DNA of 60,175 nt, from contig JADIIX010000003.1 of NCBI GenBank assembly GCA_027604505.1, forward strand, positions 310,001 through 370,175, in the 5' to 3' direction. The notes under the pieces are model-generated. The model ran no database searches. It was not told where the DNA came from and worked only from the letters and a program-made list of their open reading frames with translations. This document shows, piece after piece, positions 1 to 11,847 of the stretch; position 1 is the first letter of the stretch, and each line of letters opens with the position of its first letter. The translations under genes were made by a program, and so were the position numbers. Source of the stretch: Gonapodya sp. JEL0774. Lineage: Eukaryota.

Positions 1-878
1 CAAGCAGGCATGCGACTACTTAGCGGATCATACTGGTTTGGTGGCCATTCAACCGGATGTGTTCCGTGGGCGTGTCCCTGTGGCAGAGTTCATGGCTGGT
101 TGGTTCTGACGTTCTGACTCTCTCGCAAACATGTTCTGTGAGTTCTCAAATTCCGGTTCTTCCCCATCTGAATCACAGATCCACCCGAGCCCGGCACCCC
201 GGACGCTGAACTCACGGGATTGGGTCTGAGCAAGCGAGTCATGAATCGCATTGTGGATTTCGCCAAGAACGGCGACGGCTCGTACGCCAAGGTTGTGAAG
301 AAGGATCTTCTCAACACTATCACATTTTTGAAAGACACCTTGGGCGTGGAGAAGGTTGGTATGGTTGGGTTCTGCTACGGAGGGTGAGTGCATGTAGATG
401 ATGTCCGGCGATGTTCATGGCACAAATTGAACACATACTCCCGATAACTTCTGCTCTTGAAGAGAAATTATTATGCAAGCTGCGCAGGATGACGATGTTG
501 TCAGCACCGTGAAAGCAGTGGCCGGAGTTCATCCTGCTTTCATCACAATTCGAGATGGCGAAAACGTCAAGATTCCCGTCGCTTTGCTGCCTGGAAACAA
601 TGTAGGAGAAACTTCCCGCCTGATATCTATGTTGCGTCTCGTGATCCACATTTCATTTGATTGTTTCGCAGGATCCGGACTTCTCGGACGTCGAAAAGGC
701 CTTACTCGCAAACCCGAACATCCCGGAGCCCAAGTCAAAAAGTGTCCTTCACCACAGATATGAAGAGGTGGCGCACGGCTTTTGCACGGCGAGGGGGGAC
801 TTCACGGACGAGGTTGTGAAGAAGAACGCGCTCGATTGCTTCCACAGAGTGGCGGAGTTCTTGGCGGCAAACATCTGA
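1..878 (+). CDS. Dienelactone hydrolase family protein, 5' end outside window, spliced
   Basis: Nucleophile motif KVGMVGFCYGG at ~352-383, then VAGVHPA and C-terminal catalytic His motif YEEVAHGF..RGD; stop at 876-878; GT-AG introns between blocks. Confidence 0.88.
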
Positions 879-1210
879 GACGCAAATAGGAGTATTACAG
901 ATATATAATTTGACATGCTTTTTGAAGTTCTGCTTCACCAATGTGTAACAAAACAACAAATGGGGGATATTCACCTTCCCTTCCAAATAGAAGTAGCTTA
1001 TCAGCAAGCTGAATTGTCTTGGAGGGTAGTTGGGACTCAAGGAACACAGTGTGCTCGGCGTCCATCGTGCTTACAGATTTGGAAGAATATTTGCTTTGTC
1101 CTTTTTTCTCTTTGACCCTCCTGCCTGTGGCGAATCTTGCATTCAAAAGGCGAACACCTATGCGGCCACTTTCAGATCTTTTACTTGTTCATCGTCCGAA
1201 GCCAGAAAAC

Positions 1211-1891
1211 ATGTCCCGCTCCGTCCTCGCTGCCCTCGTCTTTTCTGCTCTCGCTGCCTTCGTTTCCGCTGCGGACCCTATCGCTTTCAACAGCACTGTC
1301 GACGGGTTTGCCACGACCTCGATCACTGCCCTCGGAAGTGGCATCACCACCCTCACAACTGCGGGGACCTCTGGCGCACGGATATACTACACAAAGCTGA
1401 CGACGGACACCTCGGCGACTGTTGGGCTGTGCAATGTGTACCTTACCAATGCCGAGTTCGGCACAAAGACACAACTGTTGGCTGATTTCGACACCATTAA
1501 GCAGGAATGCTCTTGCTACTGGGTCGACGCCAACGACTTGATGACGATGTACCCAACCCTCCAATCCTCGTACCAGTACACCCTCACTTTCACCAACCTC
1601 CAAGGGAAGTACAACATCACCAGCCCGCCATTTGGCATCCAATTCTCCGCAGCACCCGGCGTCACCTCCAGTGCGGCTGCTGCAGTTGAGACGAGCTCAG
1701 CGCCTGCTACATCATCCGTGGCACCTAGAACAACGTCCGCGGCCCTAGTGACCACCTCGACCGCTCCTTCCTTGGTCCTCCCCGGTGCGGTCGCCACCAC
1801 CACCGCAAAGGCAGGCGGTGCAGCATCTCGTCTTGGTTCGCTAGCTGCTGGCGTTGCGGTCTCGTTTGGGGCTGCCGTGATTCTTCTGTAA
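1211..1891 (+). CDS. Secreted, probably GPI-anchored Ser/Thr-rich cell-surface protein (intronless)
   Basis: Signal peptide MSRSVLAALVFSALAAFVSA, small Cys-containing domain, S/T/A-rich stalk, C-terminal GGAA + hydrophobic tail LAAGVAVSFGAAVILL. Confidence 0.8.
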   Translation: MSRSVLAALVFSALAAFVSAADPIAFNSTVDGFATTSITALGSGITTLTTAGTSGARIYYTKLTTDTSATVGLCNVYLTNAEFGTKTQLLADFDTIKQECSCYWVDANDLMTMYPTLQSSYQYTLTFTNLQGKYNITSPPFGIQFSAAPGVTSSAAAAVETSSAPATSSVAPRTTSAALVTTSTAPSLVLPGAVATTTAKAGGAASRLGSLAAGVAVSFGAAVILL

Positions 1892-2149
1892 CATTTATCC
1901 CCGGTGAATACTGGCCCCTGATGTCACAATGACGCACTCGGAATCAAAGTTCTCACATCACCATCAATTCTTACCTCCCGCAGCGCACATTGTGAGCATG
2001 AGGAGTGCGTGTTTTACACATGGACGGAGCGACCTGGCATTGAACTGCTTGGAGAACATTTCCCCCCGTACTTGAACGAATGGGGCGCACGCATTTTTTG
2101 CAACGTAGAAGGCGCGGGACCTTGGTAGCATGGGTCATGTTAAGCTATT

Positions 2150-5100
2150 CTATTTGTTCTTAACAAGCTCATAAACCATATGGAGCTCCTTCTCAAATTT
2201 TGCCCGCACACGGTGACGTCGCAGTTTGGAGCTGCGGAATTTTACAAGAACCCAACAAGAATGGGTTCCATGTGCAAGAAGTAACAACGCAACATGATGT
2301 CTTCACTCACGTCGGTGTCAGAAGTTCGTTCTCCTCCGTGAACCCTTCAGCAAAGAGCACGATCCCTTTTGCCTGTTCGAAACCCTTCAGTTCTCGTAGA
2401 CGGCCATACGCTTGCATGTCACGCAAAACCATTTGCACAACTTCTGAGTCTGCACAAAGCTCCTCGAAAGTTTTACCAAGTTTCTCCGCCCGAGTACTCG
2501 CCCATTGAAGGAGCGTCGCTGCGTCGGGGCACACAACCCCGACGAGAACTGTTGCAAATGAATTGCCGTAAACAAAACATTGTGATACTGCAGGGGAAAA
2601 ACAGGGCTTAGAATGTTCGACGAGAGCTATGGATCGTTTGTCCTTGCCCACCAAATCTAAAGGTGAAGTTTCAGTTATGCTTTCCTTCGATTCTCCCGCA
2701 AAACTCTTTGAGGATACACACCTGCTACTCTCGTAAATAGCTTCTATCTTCTCCGGTACTACGAATTCCTGTAAGGGTTCTTAGAGGAGTTAGTTCAATC
2801 TGGCAACGACCAGTAAAGATCATTGGAACATGACTCACCCCCTGCGCCAGTTTGAAAATGTTGGAAACTCGATCGATTATCTTGACGGTTCCGTTAGGGA
2901 GCAATTCGCCTTGGGGTACCATAGACGTCATGTAAAGTAAAGCACAGATTTTTGATGTCACCTACCGACATCACCCCTGCCGAAACAAGAGAAGAAATAA
3001 AAGGCGCAATTGTGTTGTTTTCTAAGACAGGGGTTATCTGGGAGTACAAACGCTCACGTTCGGAACCACATCTCACTGTCCTTCGCCTTTTCGGTCGCCT
3101 GCTGGTCTCTATAGTATCGTTTGAAAACGTTCGTGCCGCGCACCGCAATTTCACCACGCGGGTTTGGTGAGTCGTTTGTGCTGTACTTCAGCGACGGGCA
3201 GTCGACTAGTTTGATCTCGCAGTGAGGAAGCGGAATGCCGACATGAGCGCCGAAAGGATGACCGTAGTCTCCGAAATTGGTCATGGTGCAGCCACCAGTG
3301 GTTTCAGTGAGGCCATAGGATTCAAGTAAGGCGACACCGAGGACGATTCGCAAGAAATCGAGGTTCTCGGGGGCGATGGAGGCTAAATTTGATAGACAAG
3401 ATAACCAGATGTTTCTCTCGCGGATCAATAAGACATCCTATCGGCTCACCAGAGGCAGTCATAATAACTTTGACGTCGATTCCGAGATGACTTCGAATTT
3501 CCCGGAACACAAGCCCATCCCAGATACTGTCCTTGGTAACAATGCCTTTTCGGAGAAGGTTCAGCTTTTGTGCGTACGCATAATTAAACAGACGGGCATG
3601 GAATGAGTTGGGATTCGCCGTATGTCTTGCCTGCATAAGTCGAGTGATGTAAATAAACCCTCAAGCCACGACCAGACCAATTCTGACTGACCCTGATGAC
3701 ATCCACAAGTCGGATTATAAGCCGGGGAACCACAGGAACGTATGTAGGCTTCAGAATGCCGATGTCATCGAAGATTTTTTGGACATCCCCTTGGTAAAAT
3801 CCATACTAGTACGCAACGTGAAGGATCTTGGGAGCTGGTACATATCGAACTCAGTCTCTTGACAGCTCACCTTGGCACCACTGTAAGTAACGTAGTGGTG
3901 GTTTGCGCGTTCAAACACATGACAAAGGGGAAGGTAAGAGAAACTTGTATCCTTTGGCGTGAAACGCAAATGTTCAGGAAGATGGAGTTGCACGCCCCAG
4001 AATTGGGCGAGGAAATTGAGGTGGGAGAGCTCGACGCCTCGGGGAAGACCTTCAGTTCCAGAAGTGAAGCTGCAATGCGGAAGAAACATTGCCATACCGG
4101 GAACAGACATTAAACTGCAACGACAGCTCACCATATGGTGGAGGTATACAGGGGATCCTCAGGCGGCGAAGGTTCCTTTCTTTCTGACCGTCCCAGTTTC
4201 TCGAAATCACCGAAAGTGGTCAATGCCAAGCCGTCCGCAATGTTTCCCGAGACTGTGTCGGTACCAACGAGCACAAGGTGCTTAATGTTCTTGCAGGTTC
4301 CTTCGGTCATGAGGGATACGACTACAGAGAAAGTTTTGCGCTCAACGAAGATGATGGAGATGTTGGTGGATTCGATTATATGACGAATGGAGGCTGTATC
4401 CAACGAAGGATAAATGGGTACAGAAACCAGAGAATACCTAGCGGAATATCCGAGTAAACAAGCGGCGGCAGTGGTTGAAAGCAGCAGACAAAAGTGCTCA
4501 CGCATTACAAGCATGGTCAACAATCACCCATTCTGGCGTATTCTTCATGAACAGTCCGACAGTGTCTTCCCTTCCCGGCACCAAGCCCCTGGAGAGCAGG
4601 GCGGAGCCCACATCAAGGACTCGTTCCTTGACTTGTGAGTAGGTCTGCCACTTGTACTCATCGCCCACACGAACGCCCAGATATGGTCCATTTTGAGAGA
4701 CCTTCTCGCCGCGGAGAAATGAAGCGTAGAGGTTTTTTACTCGAGGTTCAGCCCTTCCACCTGAGGGGAACGCGACGAGGGGTTGTTTATGAGGTGTGAG
4801 AGTGTGACTGCGTAAATTTAGGTGGAAATAAGGATGATGATGATGTGACAAACGAAGACGGTGATGTAAAATGAAATATAAAGGTGGGGGGGTTGAGGTG
4901 GAGATTACATGACTGTGGAAGTCGACAACTCATTGTCCGGATGGTAACAAGGCATCACACACCGGTAAATCCCCGTTTCGCCTTTGACTTTTGTCGTGGA
5001 GACCGTGCTCTGGGAGCGGAGTGCCCATCTGTCAACCAAGTTATGTGCGATGCTCATGAACAAGTCGACAGACACGGGCGTCAGCACGAATCTCACGGAT

Positions 5101-5304
5101 TAACATCGGGTTTGTTCCAATCACGAATGCGCGTGACCAGAAACAGTAGCAAAACGAGGACGACCACCAATGTCGCGGTGACGGTATCAATTCCTGGAAA
5201 GAGTTTTTAATCCTGAGCGGCGATTCTTGAATAGCGAGACACGTAGGAACCCCACCAAGAGAGAGCGTCACTGGCGCAGGTGTTGATGACTCTGTGGTGG
5301 ACAT
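2150..5304 (-). CDS. Long-chain fatty acyl-CoA synthetase (ANL/AMP-binding family), multi-exon
   Basis: FTSGTEGLPRG P-loop, SYLPLCHVFER, ESYGLTET, PRGEIAVRGTNVFKRYY, TGD, IIDR..IFKLAQGE, ENELLTPT(S)KLRR motifs across exons; N-terminal TM segment; stop TAG at 2150-2152. Confidence 0.93.
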
Positions 5305-5894
5305 TCAGATGATGGTTGGGTCGGAAGAAGTTCAAGCCGATTTCTTTCCCCACTCAGAACTTATGTAATTCCCTTCTCGTTCGAACTGTCCAACGACAAT
5401 TCACCAATGTATCGTTTAAAATGGGAAAATGGAGGAAAGCAGTTTCGCGCCATAGGAGATTCCTTGCATCGACATTCTGCACCACAAAGGTAGAGAGTTA
5501 CACTGTTGAAGTATTATTCGCACAATGTGAAACAGAACTGCTGTCCCAACTATTGAGCTCGGTGAAATAACTGAAAGAGTACAAGCGTCACAACTGGTGG
5601 ACGACGTCATGTTCCCAGCCCCTGCCTGTCCGCTGTGCCACAACAGTCATTCCCGGAGTTGGATAAAACAAAAGTCGAATCCACACCCAACTGGTCCTTC
5701 CAGCGAGCTGAAACTTTTTCGCAGGTGAACTTTCAATACCTGGCTTCAAAGGATTCCCGCAAGGATTCCTCCACCGTCACCATCTGTGTCTGATATCTGG
5801 CCACGTTGGCCTTTTCATCGCAGTCCGTCGCTGTTGACTCACCCATCACCTCACCCACCACCTTGGAACACTTTCCAAACACGAGATCGTAGAA

Positions 5895-7412
5895 ATGGCA
5901 CCCGCTACAGGTAATTGCCGTTAAGGCGATTTTGTGGTTAACCACTCTGCTCACAAAGCTTATGCGGTGATGGGTATCACGCTCGATTTTCAAACAGGAA
6001 CAGGAAAAGAGTCCGCCTCCGCCCGTGTTCTCGGATCTGCGACGGCAGGAGTGATGGAACTGTTCACTTTTCACCCCGTAGACACTATCGCGAAGAGGTT
6101 GATGACGAGCAAAGAGAAGGTCAGTGTTGGTCAGCAACGACACCTGGTACCTTGAGACTTGTATTGGCTCGGTTTCTATCACGGATGAACTCAACAGAGT
6201 GGCATCAATGGATTCAATTGCTTACATCACGGATACGGGATCATGGTCGCTTGCAGCCGCTTCAGGCACTTTTTAACGCGAGCCCACTGAAACCATTCTC
6301 TACCGTGAACAGGCGAGAGATGCGGCAACTCTTAACAGAGTTATATTCAAGGTGAGTGTTCAATTTTTCTTACGTTGCCGCTGTCCCCACATTGTCGTGA
6401 GATGCTGATGCATCCAGCTTTCGACGTTTACAGGACGCCGCCAACGCTGGTACATTACAAAAGTACATGTCTCTCTTTCCGGGAATTGGATTCGCCTTCG
6501 GCTACAAAGTCCTTCAGCGCGTTTACAAGTTCGGCGGCCAACCATACGTGAACGATTATTTGAACAAGAACTACAAGGGGTCATTTGTTTCGGCGTTCGG
6601 AGAGAAAGGTTATAAGCCCTGGATACAAGCTACTGCTGGCAGGTGAGTGCGGTGGTTTTTGTGTTGTTTGATCAGTCGACAAGTGTCTGACATTGTCTCG
6701 GCAGTTTGGTCGGAATCGGAGAAATTGTGCTCCTACCCCTCGATGTGCTCAAGATCATCATGCAGACAAACCCAGCAGCTATGCAGGGTAAGAGCATCGT
6801 CACCGAATTCTTCGGCAAAGGTTTCTTCAACCTATACAAGTGAGTAGCACCTTGTTTCAGTACTTTGCACTCATATCCCTTCTGATCCTTCTGTGACTAC
6901 TAACTTCAGGGGTGCCGGCTGGACAGCAGCACGTAATGCTCCGGGCTCCTTCGCGCTGTTTGGTGGCAACGCCGTAGTGAAGGAGTACATTTTCGGCTTG
7001 AAAGACTACCGGAAAGCAACCTTCTTCCAAAACTTCTGCGGTTCCATTGGAGGATCCGCAGCATCTCTTCTCGTGTCGGCACCGTTTGACGTCGTCAAGA
7101 CGCGAATTCAGATGAACGCTACGTCGGGAACTGGGCTTTCGGGTTTCCGCGTGGTTGCTGATATGGCAGCGAAGGAGGGCTTTGGTTCCTTCTTCAAGGG
7201 ACTGGTGCCGAAACTTTTGGTGGTGGGCCCCAAGCTCGTATTCTCGTAAGTAGAATGTATTTTGCTCGTTGTCACCCAACTCTCCTCGATGTTCAATGAA
7301 CTCCATTGTTGCAACTAGGTTCACGATTGCACAACAAGCAATCCCCTTCTTCTCTAAACTCTTGGGAGACGAAGTCGAAACCGCATCAGCTCCTTCTAAA
7401 GCAACAGCTTAA
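5895..7412 (+). CDS. GGC1: Mitochondrial GTP/GDP carrier (SLC25 family), multi-exon
   Basis: SARVLGSATAGVMELFTFHPVDTIAKRLM, LNRVIFK, SLFPGIGFAFGYKVLQRVYKFGGQP, RGAGWTAARNAPGSFALFGG and KLLVVGPKLVFS closely recall yeast Ggc1; three Px[DE]xx[KR] carrier motifs. Confidence 0.9.
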
Positions 7413-7905
7413 TTGAACATTGTCGTCGTGAATAGGGAAGCAGCTCGTTTTGCGAACGTATCGCAGCACATTTTGTAGAGACAGTGAATGTTTGTTTTAG
7501 GCGTTTTGTATATCGAGATCTTATAGATTTGACTGGTGCACACACGGCTTTCATGTGAAGTCTCTTGGAACGGGCGGAGATTTGTTCCTCCACTGTCCTC
7601 AGCCGGTGTGTTGATCTCCCCCATCAACCGAAGGACTCTTCCATTGTTTCAGAACGACCAATCTCAATCGAAAAATTATATTCGCCATTCCGTTTAGATT
7701 CCCTCTACTCGCTCTTTGCGCCAGCATCACCGTTTATACGTCAACACCCCGGTGAGCTCATCGCCTCGGTACAACCGGATGTTGGACCGGTCCTCTGATC
7801 CTTGGCTGGTTTTGGCGTACCGCAACTCTTTCGCCACCGCATCCGTACGAATCCGTCTGACGTTGACCTTTCTTCAGAATTCGCACTTCTCCTCGGTATT
7901 CCACA

Positions 7906-9667
7906 ATGGCCTCCGCGCTCAAGAGCTTCATCTCCTACCCCGCAACTCACGATTTTCCGATCCAGAACATTCCCTTTGGTGTGATCTCGACGAAAGATGA
8001 TGTAAGATTTCTCTTTTTGCCATTTTGTATGCCATCCCGTCAGACTCTGAGTCAATTCGCTCAGCCGAACCCTCGGCCAGCAACCATTATCGGAGATTTT
8101 GCGGTGGATCTCAAAGCCGTCGCTAATGCTGGGTTGTTTGATGGCCCACTTCTCTCGAGCAAAGCCAAGGATGTGTTTTCCAAGGTCGGTTGGAGCTTGT
8201 GTTCGTCCTCAGAATTAGCCCAACAATTGAGGATCGCCAAAACTTTGACAGACAACTCTGAATGCTTTCATGGCGCTCGGGAGACCATCGTGGAGGGAAG
8301 CGCGATCGAAATTGCAGAGGTGAGCGGTAGAAGTAATGTCTCGGAACTATTTTTTCATCCCGGCCTGACCAAAACTTGCAGTCTTCTCTCTGATTCCAAC
8401 CCCACACTTCGCGATTCCGCCGAGCTGCGTGCCAAGATCTTCATCAGCGCCAAAGATGCCATTGTGCACCTTCCTGGTGACATTCCCGATTACACTGACT
8501 TTTACGCCGGACGGAACCACGCCACCAATGTTGGAATAATGTTCAGGGGAAAGGACAACGCGTTGCAACCGAACTGGTTAGTTACATCTTCTGATGATGG
8601 TTGGCGACAGGGCCGTACCGACTGTTTATTCGTCTTAGGGTTCATCTCCCGGTTGGCTATCACGGGCGGTCTTCGTCAGTCGTCCCATCGGGCACTCCTG
8701 TTGTCAGGCCTCGTGGTCAGCGTCGACCAGATGCCACGAAGCCGCCCGTTTTTGGCCAATGTATGAGGCTGGACATCGAACTAGAGCTGGGTTTCTTTGT
8801 CGGGCCGGGATCCAACATGGGCGACAGTATCAGCATGAGTGACGCAGACGAGCACATTTTCGGTGTTGTTTTGTTGAACGACTGGAGCGCGCGTGATATC
8901 CAAAGTGAGCCTTTGTCGTGATACAATACTTCAATTGTTTGTAGTTGGCAACTTTCACTATCACCTTAAGGCTGGGAGTACGTTCCGCTTGGTCCCTTCT
9001 TGGCCAAAAACTTTGCCACCACTATCTCACCTTGGGTTGTGTCGCTTGTAACTGTCCTGGAGTTATTTTTTTCCGGTTCGCTACATGCCCTCTTATCCCA
9101 CTTTACTTCTCGAAGGACGCTCTTGCCGAGTTCGCCGCCAAGGTACCACCTCAAGAACCCGAAGTATTGCCTTACCTCAAAGATACCAGTGCCACTTCTG
9201 GGATATATGACATCAACCTGGAGGTTGATCTTAAACGTGAGCATAGTATATTATTGGCCTTGTTCAGGTCTGCATTCAGAGTCAACTCACGGAGTTCATC
9301 AATTATGGCAGCTGCCGGTGCCCAAAAGTATCAGACCGTTTCTAAGACCTCGTCCAAGTACCTGTACTGGTCGTTCCGTCAGATGCTCGCCCACCACACC
9401 ATCGGAGGATGTCCTATGAGGCCCGGTGATATGCTCGGGAGCGGCACAATTAGTGGCGAGACGGCAGAGTCTTTTGGATCTTTCTTGGAGATGAGCTGGA
9501 ACGGCACAAAACCGCTGGAAGTTCCCACTGACGATGGTAAAGGAGTCGTCAAGCGCTCTTTCCTCGAAGATGGTGATGAGATCAACTTGCGTGGTTTCGC
9601 TGAGGGCAATGGTTTCCGAATTGGTTTCGGAGACTGCAAGGGTGTTATTCTACCTGCACGACAATAG
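7906..9667 (+). CDS. FAH: Fumarylacetoacetase, multi-exon
   Basis: [85 protein letters not shown] motifs. Confidence 0.96.
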
Positions 9668-9837
9668 GCGGTTCGTTGCAATTTCGCGCAAAGTGATGGG
9701 TTATTGTAAATGGGCCCAAGTGGAATTATTCCGTTATATCTACAAAAAGCATTTGCCAATGAATCACATTATTGAACGGACATTAGTAATGCTACTGTGT
9801 GGCAACTCGGTCATTCAATTGCCACCGCGCCTTGGCG

Positions 9838-11715
9838 TCACTGTTGGTCGGTGGTCTAATCAGACAAAGTAGGATCCGTGCATTAAGCATTGAAGAAGTA
9901 CGAGCACACGTTACATCGAAGTGGAGCGGTTGAGTAAATTTTTTCGAATTCACCTTGAAATGGTCTTCATCGATTGTTGAATAGAGATGCCCTTCGTTGA
10001 TCAGAAATTCAGTTTCCCTCCTAGAAAAGTCCAAGAGCAGGCGGGCTCAAAATCAAAAGAACTCAGCGAATTCAATCGAGGCACATACCTAACATCTTGT
10101 TCGGTCGCAGTTCCTCTGCATGCTGACAAGATTGTCCACACATTCACTCCTTCATTTGAAGTGTCCCTCTTCACCGTTCTGAGAATAATGGCCTGGAGAG
10201 GAGTGAAATCGCCCTGCGGATCAACCGCCGGTAACTGGGGCGGGTAGTGATGTTGTTGGTGCATTCCCATGCCACCCATACCCATTCCTCCGCCCATTCC
10301 CATACCACCCCCCATCCCCATCCCCATCCCTCCTCCAAGACCACCATACATGCCCATTTCAGATTCTCCACCCATTCGCGTGGCGGCTCCATTCGCTGTA
10401 GGGAGTGCTCCCTTTGTGAGGTAAAGGTGAACCGCCATGGCTTCCAAGTTGTGGAAAGTGATCTCGTCCGGGTCCTCCACAGGTCTGACAGAAAATGCAA
10501 CCAAAGACTTCTTGTTGTTGAAGGATCGGAAATGGCCAACGATTCGACAGTAGGTGTTGGGACTGTTTCGAGTTGAGGAAGCATTGCAACAATATTAGGA
10601 TGTTCAATAAGAACAACAATCTCCCGAGCTGCGAATAAAACGAATGTTGTCTTTTCCTCCATGTGATTCAGATGGTATCCAGATTCTTCACCACCATCGT
10701 GGAACTCTAAACCATTCAAGAGCCCTTATCCGAAAACAACAAAGGTTCCGCGCGGCTTTGAACACATACTCACACAAGCTTTGCCCGTCGCCTCGCCATC
10801 CAGTCACCCTCTCCACCGTCCAACCACCACCTGACCTCCACCTCCCCTGTTCCGTCCTCGACCCTGTAGGTCACATTAGTACTCTGTTCCTGCACGTCCA
10901 AAATCCTCGCCACGAACGTAACCTGAGAAAGTTCGGCACCATCGAGCCGGAAGGGCTGGTCGGGGATGGGTTGTGTGGCCGCGAGGAGGTGGCGAATGGT
11001 GAGGGGACGGAGGGTTTGGGATTGCAGGGGACCGCGCTGCAGTGGTAATGGAGTGGGAACAGGATTGGTGGCGATGAAAACATCACAGGCTCCAAGAGTG
11101 TGAAATAAGAGCAAGGGTTTCAAGAATGGGAGATGCGGTTCCACTTTTCGACGGTCCCACATCGACTCCGCAGACTTGCAAGCTCATGGCTGTCTTGACT
11201 TCTCCCGCGTTTCTCGATATCCAAAGCCTCACCAGCCTCGATTCCTCTGGACTCAGAATCTCACCGGTGTCCTCAACAGTCTCATCTCATGTTAGCCCCA
11301 CGTAAATGAGCCTCTGTCCCACATACTCACCCTACCACCCCCTCTCCCCTTCCCATCTCCCGCAGGACTCATTCCATCCCCTCCATTCGGCGAAAATGCA
11401 CCACCACTTCCACCGCCACCTCCGGGCATGAATCCACCACCCATTCCCATACCACCCATGCCCATACCGCCCCCCATGCCCATGCCACCCATGCTCATTC
11501 CACCACCTAAGCCACCATAATTACTGGATCCGTACGAGTTGTAGGGGCCTTTGCGGGGAAAGGTGAGAGGATAATAGGGCAAGGGTGGTCATAGTTTCGA
11601 GAGATGATTTGGACGCCGGAGGGATTGAGAAGAAGACATGGTGGCACAACAAGAAGATTAGATGGTGCTAATATGGGGAGCGGACATTGCCGGTCGAAAA
11701 CTGACCGGCCATCAT
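9838..11715 (-). CDS. RPA2: Replication protein A 32 kDa subunit, multi-exon
   Basis: OB fold QTLRPLTIRHL..VTFVARI..YRVEDGTGEVEVRWW, RPVEDPDEITFHNLEAM, winged-helix end EGHLYSTIDEDHFK. Start inferred from ATGATGGCCG|gtcagt at 11715. Confidence 0.92.
10266..10352 (-). repeat. Coding Gly-Met low-complexity repeat in RPA2 linker
   Basis: Encodes YGGLGGGMGMGMGGGMGMGGGMGMGGMGM. Confidence 0.85.
11400..11520 (-). repeat. Coding Gly-Met low-complexity repeat in RPA2 N-terminus
   Basis: Encodes YGGLGGGMSMGGMGMGGGMGMGGMGMGGGFMPGGGGGSGG. Confidence 0.85.
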
Positions 11716-11847
11716 TGTGAAAATGTTCACGTTGAATTGACCTGCACGTTGTGGGCTTCGCTTTTTCCCAAGCCGAAGTGCCCGTGCACATAAAATATGA
11801 AACTGCAATCATTTCGTCATTATCTTCCAAACTCTCAACTGGTCTGA

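Noticed and set aside
1925..2015. SECIS-like hairpin (ATGA-CGCACTC..GAGTGCG) in the 3' region of the GPI-protein gene; some early-diverging fungi use selenocysteine
   Set aside because: The 3' arm lacks the GA of the quartet, spacing is wrong, and the upstream CDS has no in-frame TGA. No in-frame TGA at a conserved Cys was noticed in any gene of the window.
2705..2721. U12-like donor GTATCCTC near an acyl-CoA synthetase splice site
   Set aside because: Using it gives no phase-compatible acceptor; other GTATCCTT hits (3947, 28442, 47687) are antisense to their genes.
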